Below, one piece after another: positions 1 through 9,595 of a DNA stretch of 64,000 nucleotides. The position numbers and the translations under genes are program-made. The notes beneath the pieces were generated by a model. The model had not been told where the DNA came from. It worked only from the letters and a program-made list of their open reading frames with translations, and made no database searches. Positions within the stretch are counted from its first letter, which is position 1. Every line of letters starts with the position of its first letter. Origin of the DNA: Escherichia coli (GTDB lineage: Bacteria; Pseudomonadota; Gammaproteobacteria; Enterobacterales; Enterobacteriaceae); the NCBI RefSeq assembly GCF_044324875.1, contig NZ_CP172185.1; one strand, written 5' to 3'.

Positions 1-53
1 CATCATAACTCACCAAACAACCAGTCACCAGTTAAGATACATCAAAAAAAAAT

Positions 54-91
54 TACCCATGGGTATTTACTTTTTGGATACCCATGGGTAT
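54..91. repeat. Two copies of the perfect palindrome TACCCATGGGTA (54-65 and 79-90; second extends to ATACCCATGGGTAT 78-91), centres 25 bp apart, each followed by a T-run
   Basis: Read directly from sequence; dyad symmetry typical of a dimeric DNA-binding protein operator. Confidence 0.6.
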
Positions 92-283
92 ACTTTTTTT
101 CATACCAACCCACCCCGCCCCACAGAACGCAGGGCAATACTTCGAGTTACCAGGCAGTGGTCAGGGGTTAAGTAGCCAGCCCGAGGCGTATGAACATGAC
201 GGCAGGGTTTAACTTTAACTATGCAGCAGGTTTTTGTTCCGCTACCCCGGCGTTAAGGGGAAACAGCACTGAGAGAAATCAGT

Positions 284-502
284 ATGCAGAAGCGAGAACC
301 CGTCATCATCTCGCCAGACTATACCGATGATGAACTTTATGAGTGGATGCGCCGGAAAATTCAGGCTGCGCAGGACCTGAAGTGGGCCAATGAAGCCAGG
401 GCTAAGGAGGCTGAAAATCTGTCAGCTCTGGAGCAGGATATCACCAGGCTGGAAAAAGCAGCGGCATTAAGCATTGCCAGAATGATTACATACCCGCGTT
501 AA
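284..502 (+). CDS. Hypothetical small prophage protein (72 aa), predicted helical/coiled-coil
   Basis: ORF with GAGA-type RBS upstream, co-oriented with prophage early genes; no recognised family. Confidence 0.45.
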   Translation: MQKREPVIISPDYTDDELYEWMRRKIQAAQDLKWANEARAKEAENLSALEQDITRLEKAAALSIARMITYPR

Positions 503-946
503 CAGCTAATCAACAAGGCCAGGGTTGGTAATTAATGACTTCTCCACGGGTGAGGTGGAGTGCGTGCGCCGGACACAGACTGGTTAACGTCGCCTGGAGG
601 CACCAGGCACCGCATCAACAAAGTTCACTTCGGTGATGAAAGGTAAGAGAAAATGTTGAATGTAGCTATTGAAAACCAGTACGGGTGGAATTATAGTGCA
701 CCTGCACCTCATAAAGCGGGTGCCGGGATTGCTACCCCGACGTTCACTAACGCGCATAACCGCGCCCAGGCGGTTTTTTTATGCGTAATGCACAGCCACA
801 TTCAGATTATGGTGGGGCGTGCAGGGCAGCCGCAAGGCTGGCCGGGTTCGTTAGTGACCGGTTGTAGCAACCCTGTACGTCTCACCACCCATGAGATTGC
901 TACCTCCGGTGGTGAGTTAATCAAATTCACTAACGAGGCTGCCATC

Positions 947-1501
947 ATGGCTACTATCCCTACCCTTTCTCACCCTGACATAACCATCAAAAACGGTCGC
1001 GCTGTCACTACGTCTATTGCGATCGCAGAGTTCTTTGGCAAGCGCCATGAACGAGTGCTGGATAAAATTCGCAATCTGGACTGTTCAGCAAAATTCACTG
1101 AGCACAATTTTGTGTCGAGCAAATACACCGACTCAACCGGGCGCAAACTCCCTATGTACCAAATCACCAAAAACGGCTTCGTTTTCCTGGTGATGGGCTT
1201 CACGGGCAAAAAGGCCGCTGCATTCAAGGAAGCCTACATTGCCGAGTTCGACCGCATGGAGGAAGAACTGCGCCGGAATAACACCACACCCGCTGACAAA
1301 ATAATCCCGGGTGATGGCCGCACCCTGGTTATCCGCTTCGACGAACACGGCTACATCAAATTCACCGAAACCGTTCCTGATGGCGCACTGGTCTGTACTC
1401 TGGATACTTTCCGTTTTTATCTGGAAAAGCAGGGATGGACTCTCATAAACCGGGGCGCAATTAAAAATATGACCGTCGAGCAGTTGCTGAGTATTAAATA
1501 G
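947..1501 (+). CDS. Phage regulatory protein, Rha family (about 184 aa)
   Basis: Motif TTSIAIAEFFGKRHERVLDKIRNL typical of the Rha N-terminal domain; GAGG RBS before ATG 947; the track ORF 653-1501 is probably over-extended upstream. Confidence 0.7.
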   Translation: MATIPTLSHPDITIKNGRAVTTSIAIAEFFGKRHERVLDKIRNLDCSAKFTEHNFVSSKYTDSTGRKLPMYQITKNGFVFLVMGFTGKKAAAFKEAYIAEFDRMEEELRRNNTTPADKIIPGDGRTLVIRFDEHGYIKFTETVPDGALVCTLDTFRFYLEKQGWTLINRGAIKNMTVEQLLSIK

Positions 1502-1546
1502 TTTTCTGGAATTTCCTTCATATCACAAATTATTAAGGAGATTATT

Positions 1547-1768
1547 ATGATTGCTCATCACTTCGGAACCGATGAAATACCACGCCAGTGCGTCACTCCC
1601 GGCGATTACGTTATTTACGAAGGCCGGACATATATCGCCTCGGCAAACAATATCGAAAAGCAAAAACTTTATATCCGTGATTTCACTACAAAAACATGCA
1701 TTACTGACCGCATGATTAAAGTCTTCCTCGGTCGTGATGGTTTACCTGTAAAGGCGGTGGCATGGTGA
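1547..1768 (+). CDS. Hypothetical small prophage protein (73 aa)
   Basis: Strong RBS AAGGAG 8 nt before ATG; no recognised family. Confidence 0.5.
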   Translation: MIAHHFGTDEIPRQCVTPGDYVIYEGRTYIASANNIEKQKLYIRDFTTKTCITDRMIKVFLGRDGLPVKAVAW

Positions 1769-3990
1769 GCTGTAATAAATAACTGACCCAATACGACATT
1801 CAGCTTAATAAATACATAAGGGTCGATTCTTATATGCCAGCAATGGCAGGGATTCGCACAACCTTAAAACAGCAATGAGGTTTATCAATGAGCACTGATA
1901 AAGAAACTTTTGCGCTATATTGCGAAGCTAAAAATGACAAAGTCAGAAAACGCCTTGGGATTAAAGGTGGTTTTTACTGGACTACAGCAAAAAAATTATC
2001 TGTTGCCATCTCCCGCTGCATTACCGCAATGGATGATAACGATTATGATGAAGACGACTTTAAAAAACCTGTTCGCGTCCATTTGCCCGTTGTTGATGAC
2101 CTTCCACCGGAAGGCGTGTTTGATACCGAATTCTGTAACCGGTATGAAAAAGGCGGCGAAGATGGCATCACAATGATATTTATCGCGCCTCCGCCATCCG
2201 CGCAGGACAAACCAGCCAGCACTGACAACACCAATGTTAATGGCGAAGACATGACTGAGATTGAGGAGAATATGCTTCTGCCGGTTTCAGGTCAGATTCT
2301 GCCTGTTCGCTGGCTGGCGCAACACGGCGGCGAAAAACCAGTAACGCACGTTTCGCGGGATGAACTGCGCTCATTACATAACGCACAGGAAGAAAAACTT
2401 CCCGCCGTTACCGCGCTGGCCATCTCAAATAAAGCAGCGCAACTCGAACCGCTGGAGATTCGGGATTTGTACAAACTGGTGCGGGACACTGACAAAGTTT
2501 TTCCCGCTCCCGTAAATTCAGACCTGGGACTGATGACCTCCTTCATCGAAGCATACCTGGACGCTGACTACACTGATCGTGGTCTGCTTACAAAAGAGTG
2601 GATGAAAGGAAATCGTGTTTCTCGCATCAGTCGCACACCATCCGGCGCTAACGCTGGCGGCGGTATTCTTACCGATCGCGGCGAAGGTTTTGTGCATGAT
2701 AATGCGTCAATGGCATTCGATGTTGCTACAGGAAAACTGGCTCGTTCGATGGATGTGGATATTTACAGCATGCATCCTTCACATACCAGACGTGTTAACG
2801 AAATTATCGCAGAAAATGATCCCTGTTTCTCCGTCTTCCTTAAGGCTTTTCTGAACATGCCAGGCGGGATGGATTATTCCCGCGCCATCGTGGTTGCCTC
2901 CGTGAAAGAAGCACCGGTTGGTATAGAGGCTATGCCCCACCGCGTCACCGAATACCTGAATAAAGTGCTGACCGAAACCGATCATGCCAACCCTGATCCG
3001 GAAATCGTGGATATTGCCTGCGGTCGTTCCTCTGCACCAATGCCGCAGCGTGTAACAGAAGAAGGAAAACAGGATGATGAAAAAAAACCGCAACCGTCTG
3101 GCGCAATGGCAGATGAACAGGCAACTACTAAAACAGTGGAACCGGATACAACTGAACATCATCCGGACACGCAGACGCTGGATGCTCGGCCGCAGGTGAA
3201 TTCTGTTGATGCGAAATATCAGAAACTGCGGGCAGAACTCCATGAAGCCCGGAAAAACATTCCGCCCCAAAATCCTGTCGACGAAGACAAATTGCTGGCA
3301 ACCTCTCGCGGAGAATTTGCTGAAGGGATTAGCGACCAGAATGATCCGAAATGGGTGAAGGGGATTGAAACCCGCGATTCTGTGAACCAGAATCAGCAAG
3401 AAACGGAACAGAACGACCAGAAAGCGGAACAAAACAGCCCAAATGTGCAACGAAAAGAGCCAAAAGCGAAACAATCCGAACCAGTAGCGCAACAGGAACC
3501 GGAAAAAGTCTGCACCGTCTGCGGTCAGAGCGGTGTCGACAACTGTCCTGATTGTGGCGTGGTGATGGGCGACGCAACATACCAGGAAATGTTCGATGAA
3601 GAGAATCAGCCTGAAGTTCAGGAAAATGATCCAGAGGAAATGGAAGGCTCTGCGCATCAGAACAAGGAGAACTCTGGCGGCAATCAGCATCATGCCAGCG
3701 ATAGTGAAACTGGCGAGACGGCAAATCCCTTAATTAAGATAACCAGTCATCACAAATATAAGTCCACAAGCAAAACGTGGTATCACCTGATGATCGACCT
3801 TGAAACAATGGGAACCAACACCAATGCACCCATAGTAGTTATTGGTGCGGTTTTCTTCGACCCGGAAACAGGGGAAATCGGGCCGGTATTTTATATCGTT
3901 ATCAGCCTGACTGACGCAATGAATACAGGGGCTGTTTGAACCGCCCCGGGAATCCTGGAGACTAAACTCCCTGAGAAAGAGGTAAACAGA

Positions 3991-4317
3991 ATGACTAAAA
4001 ATACTCGTTTTTCCCCCGAAGTCCGTCAGAGGGCGATTCGTATGGTTCTGGAAAGTCAGGGCGAATATGACTCACAGTGGGCGGCAATTTGTTCCATTGC
4101 CCCAAAGATTGGCTGTACACCGGAGACTCTGCGTGTCTGGGTACGCCAGCATGAGCGGGATACCGGAGGCGGTGATGGCGGGCTCACCACCGCTGAACGT
4201 CAGCGTCTGAAAGAGCTGGAACGTGAAAATCGTGAACTGCGCCGCAGTAACGATATCCTTCGCCAGGCTTCCGCTTATTTTGCGAAGGCGGAGTTCGACC
4301 GCCTCTGGAAAAAGTGA
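3991..4317 (+). CDS. IS629 transposase OrfA (108 aa)
   Basis: Recognised IS3-family OrfA sequence; stop overlaps orfB start in ATGA. Confidence 0.9.
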   Translation: MTKNTRFSPEVRQRAIRMVLESQGEYDSQWAAICSIAPKIGCTPETLRVWVRQHERDTGGGDGGLTTAERQRLKELERENRELRRSNDILRQASAYFAKAEFDRLWKK

Positions 4318-5204
4318 TGCCACTGCTGGATAAGCTGCGTAAGCTGTACGGGGTCGGACCGGTATGCAGTGAACTACATATTGCCCCGTCAACGTATTAC
4401 CACTGTCAGCAACAGCGACATCATCCGGATAAACGCAGTGCCCGTGCGCAGCGCGATGACTGGCTGAAGAAAGAGATACTGCGCGTATACGATGGGAATC
4501 ATCAGGTATACGGTGTGCGTAAAGTCTGGCGTCAGTTGTTACGGGAAGGAATCAGGGTAGCCAGATGTACAGTGGCGCGCCTCATGGCGGTTATGGGACT
4601 TGCCGGTGTTCTCCGGGGTAAAAAGGTCCGCACTACCGTCAGCCGGAAAGCCGTTGCCGCAGGCGACCGCGTAAACCGTCAGTTTGTGGCAGAACGTCCT
4701 GACCAGTTGTGGGTGGCTGATTTTACTTACGTCAGCACATGGCAGGGGGTCGTCTATGTGGCGTTCATCATTGATGTGTTTGCCGGATACATCGTGGGGT
4801 GGCGGGTCTCATCGTCTATGGAAACGACATTCGTGCTGGATGCTCTGGAGCAGGCGTTATGGGCCCGTCGACCGTCCGGCACAGTCCATCACAGTGATAA
4901 AGGTTCTCAGTATGTATCGCTGGCCTACACACAGCGGCTTAAGGAAGCCGGATTACTGGCATCAACAGGAAGTACTGGTGACTCGTATGACAACGCGATG
5001 GCGGAGAGCATCAATGGCCTTTACAAAGCGGAGGTAATACACCGTAAGAGCTGGAAAAACCGGACAGAAGTGGAGCTGGCCACACTCACGTGGGTGGACT
5101 GGTATAACAATCGACGATTGCTGGAAAGGCTGGGCCATATCCCACCGGCAGAAGCAGAAAAAGCTTATTATGCTTCCATCGGAAACGATGATCTGGCAGC
5201 CTGA
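4314..5204 (+). CDS. IS629 transposase OrfB (296 aa, DDE integrase-like catalytic domain)
   Basis: IS3-family OrfB; overlaps orfA by 4 nt. Confidence 0.9.
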   Translation: MMPLLDKLRKLYGVGPVCSELHIAPSTYYHCQQQRHHPDKRSARAQRDDWLKKEILRVYDGNHQVYGVRKVWRQLLREGIRVARCTVARLMAVMGLAGVLRGKKVRTTVSRKAVAAGDRVNRQFVAERPDQLWVADFTYVSTWQGVVYVAFIIDVFAGYIVGWRVSSSMETTFVLDALEQALWARRPSGTVHHSDKGSQYVSLAYTQRLKEAGLLASTGSTGDSYDNAMAESINGLYKAEVIHRKSWKNRTEVELATLTWVDWYNNRRLLERLGHIPPAEAEKAYYASIGNDDLAA

Positions 5205-5706
5205 GTTCACAGATAAAACACTCTCCAGGAAACCCGGGGCGGTTCAGTTCCTGATGGTGGCACCATCGAATGGTGGCTGAAGCAGTCCAGCGAAGCCAGA
5301 GCTGCCATTTTAACTGACCAGGTAAAAATGAAAGATGCCCTTTTGCGTTTTCGGGAATTCGTCAATGAACACTCCGATGAAAAATTCGTTCAGGTGTGGG
5401 GTAATGGCGCAACGTTCGATAACGCAATTTTGCGCACCTCATACGAACGTCTGGACATCCCCTGTCCGTGGCATTACAGCAACGATCGTGATGTACGCAC
5501 AATCGTTGAGATGGGGAAAATCACAGACTTCAATGCCAGAAGCGTAATTCCATTCGAAGGCGTGCGCCATAATGCTCTGGATGACGCTCTTCACCAGGCA
5601 AAATACGTAACAGCCGCTATACAAAAACTGATCCCGAATCAGGCTGATTTTTAATGTTCAACAGTCGCCAGTTGTCGTTGCTATTCTGCAACTGGCGCGT
5701 TCCGGA

Positions 5707-5985
5707 GTGATAGCCATGAGCGAACAGTACCTGATAACGCTCGATGAGTGGAAACCAAAACGGTTCAGTCTCCCAATAACAAACACTACCCTGGTGAAAT
5801 ATGGAAAACTAGGATACATCGTTCCAAGACCACAAAAAATTCGTGGGCGTTGGCTGATAGATCGCCGGGCAGTATTTGTTGGGCCAGGTGAAACAGGAAT
5901 TGCGCCGGAAATTCATACTGGCGATGATGATGCACTGAAGGAGATTTTAACTCATGTCACCGAGGCCACGAAAAAACAGCACTGA
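5707..5985 (+). CDS. xis: Prophage excisionase-like protein (92 aa)
   Basis: Small basic ORF directly upstream of and overlapping the integrase start by 32 nt. Confidence 0.6.
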   Translation: MIAMSEQYLITLDEWKPKRFSLPITNTTLVKYGKLGYIVPRPQKIRGRWLIDRRAVFVGPGETGIAPEIHTGDDDALKEILTHVTEATKKQH

Positions 5986-7072
5986 CGTAGCCGGTCTTTA
6001 CGAAAAGTTTGATCGCAGAACTGGCAGGGTTTACTACCAGTATAAAAACCCTGTGACTGGAAAATTTCACGGTCTCGGAACAGACAAATGTAAGGCAGAA
6101 AAAATCGCTTCCACAGCCAATCAGCGAATAGCTGCAGCAGAAGCTGAATATTACATGCGCAAAATTGATGAAAGTCCGTCAGCAACAAAACGTCGGGGTA
6201 TCAGATTAAAGGCATGGGTTGAACGATATCTGAAAATACAGGACACACGACTAAAAAATGGAGATATTGCAGCTACAACCCACAAAGAAAAAGCCCGAAT
6301 GGCTGCATACCTGGTTTCCCGTCTGGGAAACCACCCATTGAAAGAACTGGAAGTAAGAGACTTTGCATTGATACTGGATGAGTGGCTGGATAAAGACATG
6401 GTCAGCACGGCGAGAGTAAACCGTGGATTATGGGTTGATATTTATAAAGAAGCACAGCATGCAGGGGAAGTTCCTCCCGGATGGAATCCTCCGGAGGCTA
6501 CCCGTAAACCGATCCCTAAAGTAAGCAGAGCCAGACTCACCCTGGAAGACTGGCAAAAAATTTACAATGCAACGCCTGAAAGGCACTTTATTCGTAACGC
6601 AATGCTTCTTGCAATTGTTACTGGTCAGCGCCGTGATGACATTTGCCACATGCGTTTTTCAGATGTGTGGAACGAACACTTGCATATCACCCAGGGAAAA
6701 ACCGGAATGCGTCTGGCGTTACCGCTTACACTCCGCTGTGATGCCATTGGGATAACGTTAAAAGAAGTTATTGATGGATGCCGAGACAGAATATTAAGTC
6801 CATACCTAATCCATAGTCGGCACCAGAAACAACCAAAACCGATGAGTAAAGACAACCTGAGCGACTACTTTGCCAAAGCACGGGATCTGGCTGGGATAAT
6901 TCCACCAGCAGGAAAAACTCCTCCCACATTTCATGAACAACGCTCTCTATCAGAACGGCTGTACCGTACGCAGGGTATCGATACAAAAACATTACTGGGA
7001 CATAAAATCCAGGCAACCACCGATCGCTATAACGATACCCGAGGTCAGGAATGGGTTAAGTTGGTTATTTGA
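5954..7072 (+). CDS. int: Prophage tyrosine integrase (372 aa)
   Basis: C-terminal catalytic signature HxxR (HEQR) and terminal Tyr (DRYNDTR); N-terminal arm-binding-like region; lies at the prophage/host junction. Confidence 0.9.
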   Translation: MSPRPRKNSTDVAGLYEKFDRRTGRVYYQYKNPVTGKFHGLGTDKCKAEKIASTANQRIAAAEAEYYMRKIDESPSATKRRGIRLKAWVERYLKIQDTRLKNGDIAATTHKEKARMAAYLVSRLGNHPLKELEVRDFALILDEWLDKDMVSTARVNRGLWVDIYKEAQHAGEVPPGWNPPEATRKPIPKVSRARLTLEDWQKIYNATPERHFIRNAMLLAIVTGQRRDDICHMRFSDVWNEHLHITQGKTGMRLALPLTLRCDAIGITLKEVIDGCRDRILSPYLIHSRHQKQPKPMSKDNLSDYFAKARDLAGIIPPAGKTPPTFHEQRSLSERLYRTQGIDTKTLLGHKIQATTDRYNDTRGQEWVKLVI

Positions 7073-7238
7073 CAAACACCATATGGAATATCCGTCACCA
7101 TCTCAGGAAAAAAGTGTTGTAAAATGCGTGGCCTTGTTTTGGGGAAAAGTTTTGGAGAGATTTTGGAGAAAGGAAAAAATTGAATAAATTCAAAATCCTG
7201 AAAGTGCTCCACCTTATGAATAAAAAGGTGGAACTCGA
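7073..7238 (+). promoter_or_regulatory. attR region with three direct repeats TTTTGGRGA (7137-7145, 7150-7158, 7161-7169) and a short open frame ending ...NKKVELE* that overlaps the potC start like the potB 3' end
   Basis: Repeats read from sequence; the phage/host boundary must lie in this interval because int ends at 7072 and potC starts at 7239. Confidence 0.5.
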
Positions 7239-8033
7239 ATGATCGGTCGACTGCTTCGCGGCGGTTTTATGACCGCTATCTACGCGTACCTGTATATCCC
7301 AATCATTATTTTGATTGTGAACTCCTTTAACAGCTCGCGCTTTGGCATCAACTGGCAGGGTTTTACCACCAAATGGTATAGCCTGCTGATGAACAACGAC
7401 AGCCTGTTACAGGCAGCGCAGCATTCACTAACAATGGCGGTGTTTTCGGCGACGTTTGCTACGCTTATCGGTTCACTGACGGCAGTTGCGCTGTACCGTT
7501 ATCGCTTTCGTGGTAAGCCGTTCGTTAGCGGAATGCTGTTTGTGGTGATGATGTCACCAGATATCGTGATGGCGATTTCGCTGCTGGTGCTGTTTATGCT
7601 GCTGGGTATTCAGCTTGGCTTCTGGTCGCTGCTGTTCTCGCATATCACCTTCTGCCTGCCATTTGTGGTGGTGACAGTGTATTCGCGCCTGAAAGGTTTT
7701 GACGTGCGAATGCTGGAAGCGGCGAAAGATCTCGGTGCCAGCGAATTTACCATTCTGCGAAAAATCATTCTGCCACTGGCAATGCCAGCGGTAGCGGCGG
7801 GCTGGGTGTTAAGCTTTACCCTGTCGATGGACGATGTAGTAGTTTCTTCGTTCGTCACCGGACCAAGCTATGAAATTCTGCCGTTAAAAATTTATTCGAT
7901 GGTCAAAGTCGGCGTATCGCCGGAAGTTAACGCGCTGGCAACCATATTACTGGTGCTGTCGCTGGTGATGGTAATTGCCAGCCAGCTTATTGCTCGTGAT
8001 AAAACGAAAGGTAACACAGGGGACGTTAAATGA
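7239..8033 (+). CDS. potC: Spermidine/putrescine ABC transporter permease PotC
   Basis: 264-aa ORF recognised as E. coli PotC. Confidence 0.95.
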   Translation: MIGRLLRGGFMTAIYAYLYIPIIILIVNSFNSSRFGINWQGFTTKWYSLLMNNDSLLQAAQHSLTMAVFSATFATLIGSLTAVALYRYRFRGKPFVSGMLFVVMMSPDIVMAISLLVLFMLLGIQLGFWSLLFSHITFCLPFVVVTVYSRLKGFDVRMLEAAKDLGASEFTILRKIILPLAMPAVAAGWVLSFTLSMDDVVVSSFVTGPSYEILPLKIYSMVKVGVSPEVNALATILLVLSLVMVIASQLIARDKTKGNTGDVK

Positions 8034-9076
8034 AAAAATGGTCACGCCACCTGCTCGCGGCGGGTGCTCTGGCACTGGGCATGAGCGCCGCTCACGCCGA
8101 TGACAACAACACGCTGTATTTTTACAACTGGACCGAGTACGTGCCACCAGGACTGCTTGAACAGTTCACCAAAGAAACCGGTATTAAGGTTATCTATTCG
8201 ACTTACGAGTCGAACGAAACCATGTATGCCAAGCTGAAAACGTACAAAGACGGTGCCTATGACCTGGTGGTTCCTTCAACCTATTACGTCGATAAAATGC
8301 GTAAAGAAGGGATGATCCAGAAGATCGACAAGTCGAAGTTAAGCAATTTCAGCAACCTCGATCCAGACATGCTCAATAAGCCGTTTGACCCGAATAACGA
8401 CTACTCCATTCCGTATATCTGGGGTGCGACGGCGATTGGTGTTAATGGTGATGCGGTGGATCCCAAATCCGTTACCAGCTGGGCCGATCTGTGGAAGCCT
8501 GAGTACAAAGGCAGCCTGCTGCTGACCGACGATGCCCGTGAAGTGTTCCAGATGGCACTGCGTAAGCTGGGCTACTCCGGTAACACCACCGATCCGAAAG
8601 AGATTGAAGCTGCATACAACGAGCTGAAAAAACTGATGCCAAACGTCGCGGCGTTTAACTCCGATAACCCGGCGAACCCGTATATGGAAGGCGAAGTTAA
8701 CCTCGGCATGATCTGGAACGGTTCTGCTTTCGTTGCACGCCAGGCGGGTACGCCAATTGATGTGGTGTGGCCGAAAGAAGGCGGCATTTTCTGGATGGAC
8801 AGCCTGGCGATCCCGGCAAATGCCAAAAACAAAGAAGGCGCGCTGAAATTGATCAACTTCCTGCTGCGCCCAGATGTGGCAAAACAGGTTGCTGAAACTA
8901 TCGGTTATCCAACGCCAAACCTTGCGGCGCGTAAGCTGTTAAGTCCGGAAGTGGCGAACGATAAAACGCTCTACCCGGATGCTGAAACCATTAAAAATGG
9001 TGAATGGCAGAATGACGTTGGCGCAGCCAGCAGCATTTATGAAGAGTATTATCAGAAGCTGAAAGCAGGACGTTAA
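8030..9076 (+). CDS. potD: Spermidine/putrescine periplasmic binding protein PotD
   Basis: 348-aa ORF with signal peptide, recognised as PotD. Confidence 0.95.
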   Translation: MKKWSRHLLAAGALALGMSAAHADDNNTLYFYNWTEYVPPGLLEQFTKETGIKVIYSTYESNETMYAKLKTYKDGAYDLVVPSTYYVDKMRKEGMIQKIDKSKLSNFSNLDPDMLNKPFDPNNDYSIPYIWGATAIGVNGDAVDPKSVTSWADLWKPEYKGSLLLTDDAREVFQMALRKLGYSGNTTDPKEIEAAYNELKKLMPNVAAFNSDNPANPYMEGEVNLGMIWNGSAFVARQAGTPIDVVWPKEGGIFWMDSLAIPANAKNKEGALKLINFLLRPDVAKQVAETIGYPTPNLAARKLLSPEVANDKTLYPDAETIKNGEWQNDVGAASSIYEEYYQKLKAGR

Positions 9077-9133
9077 TTCAGCAAGCGGGCGGTGGTATTA
9101 CCGCCCGTTTTTTATTTAGCAAGGATGTGGCTA

Positions 9134-9595
9134 ATGAGTCAGGACAGTAGAGTTTTCTTTCGTATATTCCTCGGTATCGGTCTGGTACTGATCCTCATTT
9201 CTGTTGTTGTCTTTTATAACCAGTTCACCTATAGCAAAGACGCGATTCATACTGAAGGCGTCATTGTTGATACCGTCTGGCACTCCAGTCATTCTCATCG
9301 CACGGGTAAAAATGGTTCGTGGTATCCCGTCGTTGCCTTTCGACCGACGCCTGATTACACGCTAATTTTCAATTCGAGTATCGGCAGCGATTTTTATGAA
9401 GACAGCGAAGGCGATAAAGTTAATGTTTATTATTCTCCAGGGCATCCTGAAAAGGCTGAGATAAATAACCCGTGGGTTAATTTTTTTAAATGGGGGTTTG
9501 TCGGCATTATGGGCGTTATTTTTATCGCCGTCGGTTTATTAATCAGTATGCCCTCCTCTAAAAAGTCACGCAGGAAACGGAAGTCCCGTCCATGA
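9134..9595 (+). CDS. ymfA: Inner membrane protein YmfA (DUF3592)
   Basis: Recognised E. coli YmfA; start chosen to give 153 aa (track ORF starts at 9092). Confidence 0.8.
   Translation: MSQDSRVFFRIFLGIGLVLILISVVVFYNQFTYSKDAIHTEGVIVDTVWHSSHSHRTGKNGSWYPVVAFRPTPDYTLIFNSSIGSDFYEDSEGDKVNVYYSPGHPEKAEINNPWVNFFKWGFVGIMGVIFIAVGLLISMPSSKKSRRKRKSRP

Larger units (their letters stand above)
3937..5246 (+). mobile_element. IS629 (IS3 family), 1310 bp, terminal inverted repeats TGAACCGCCCCGGG, flanked by 3-bp direct repeat GTT
   Basis: Ends and length read from sequence; GTT at 3934-3936 and 5247-5249; orfA/orfB match IS629 transposase. Confidence 0.9.
1888..5654 (+). pseudogene. RecE-like (exodeoxyribonuclease VIII-like) prophage exonuclease with a C-terminal DEDDh domain, interrupted by IS629; intact gene would be 1888-3936 joined to 5250-5654 (about 817 aa)
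   Basis: N-terminal 600 aa resembles the RecE N-terminal region as I recall it; Exo I motif MIDLETMG ends at the IS, Exo II (FDNAIL) and Exo III (HNALDDA) continue in frame after the IS once one GTT copy is removed. Confidence 0.8.
1..7238 (+). mobile_element. Integrase-proximal end of a lambdoid prophage (attR side), truncated at window start; all genes co-directional, ending in xis-int next to potC
   Basis: Rha regulator, RecE-like exonuclease, excisionase and tyrosine integrase in one orientation; potA/potB missing from their expected place upstream of potC. Confidence 0.8.

Noticed and set aside
653-946. N-terminal 98 codons of the 282-aa track ORF as part of the Rha protein
   Set aside because: Rha homology and a GAGG RBS begin at ATG 947; the upstream stretch has non-genic composition, so it is treated as leader.
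2779-3693. 304-aa minus-strand ORF inside the prophage exonuclease gene
   Set aside because: Antisense to a well-supported coding frame; Phe/Leu/Arg-rich composition typical of a spurious frame.
4300-4320. Programmed -1 frameshift site at the IS629 orfA/orfB overlap
   Set aside because: Overlap is ATGA, but the preceding GAAAAAG is not a canonical A-AAA-AAG heptamer in the orfA frame, so a fusion product cannot be asserted from sequence alone.
7123-7242. The short frame ending NKKVELE* as an independent small gene
   Set aside because: More simply explained as the 3' end of potB (or a phage-borne copy of it) at the att junction; it has no own start or RBS.
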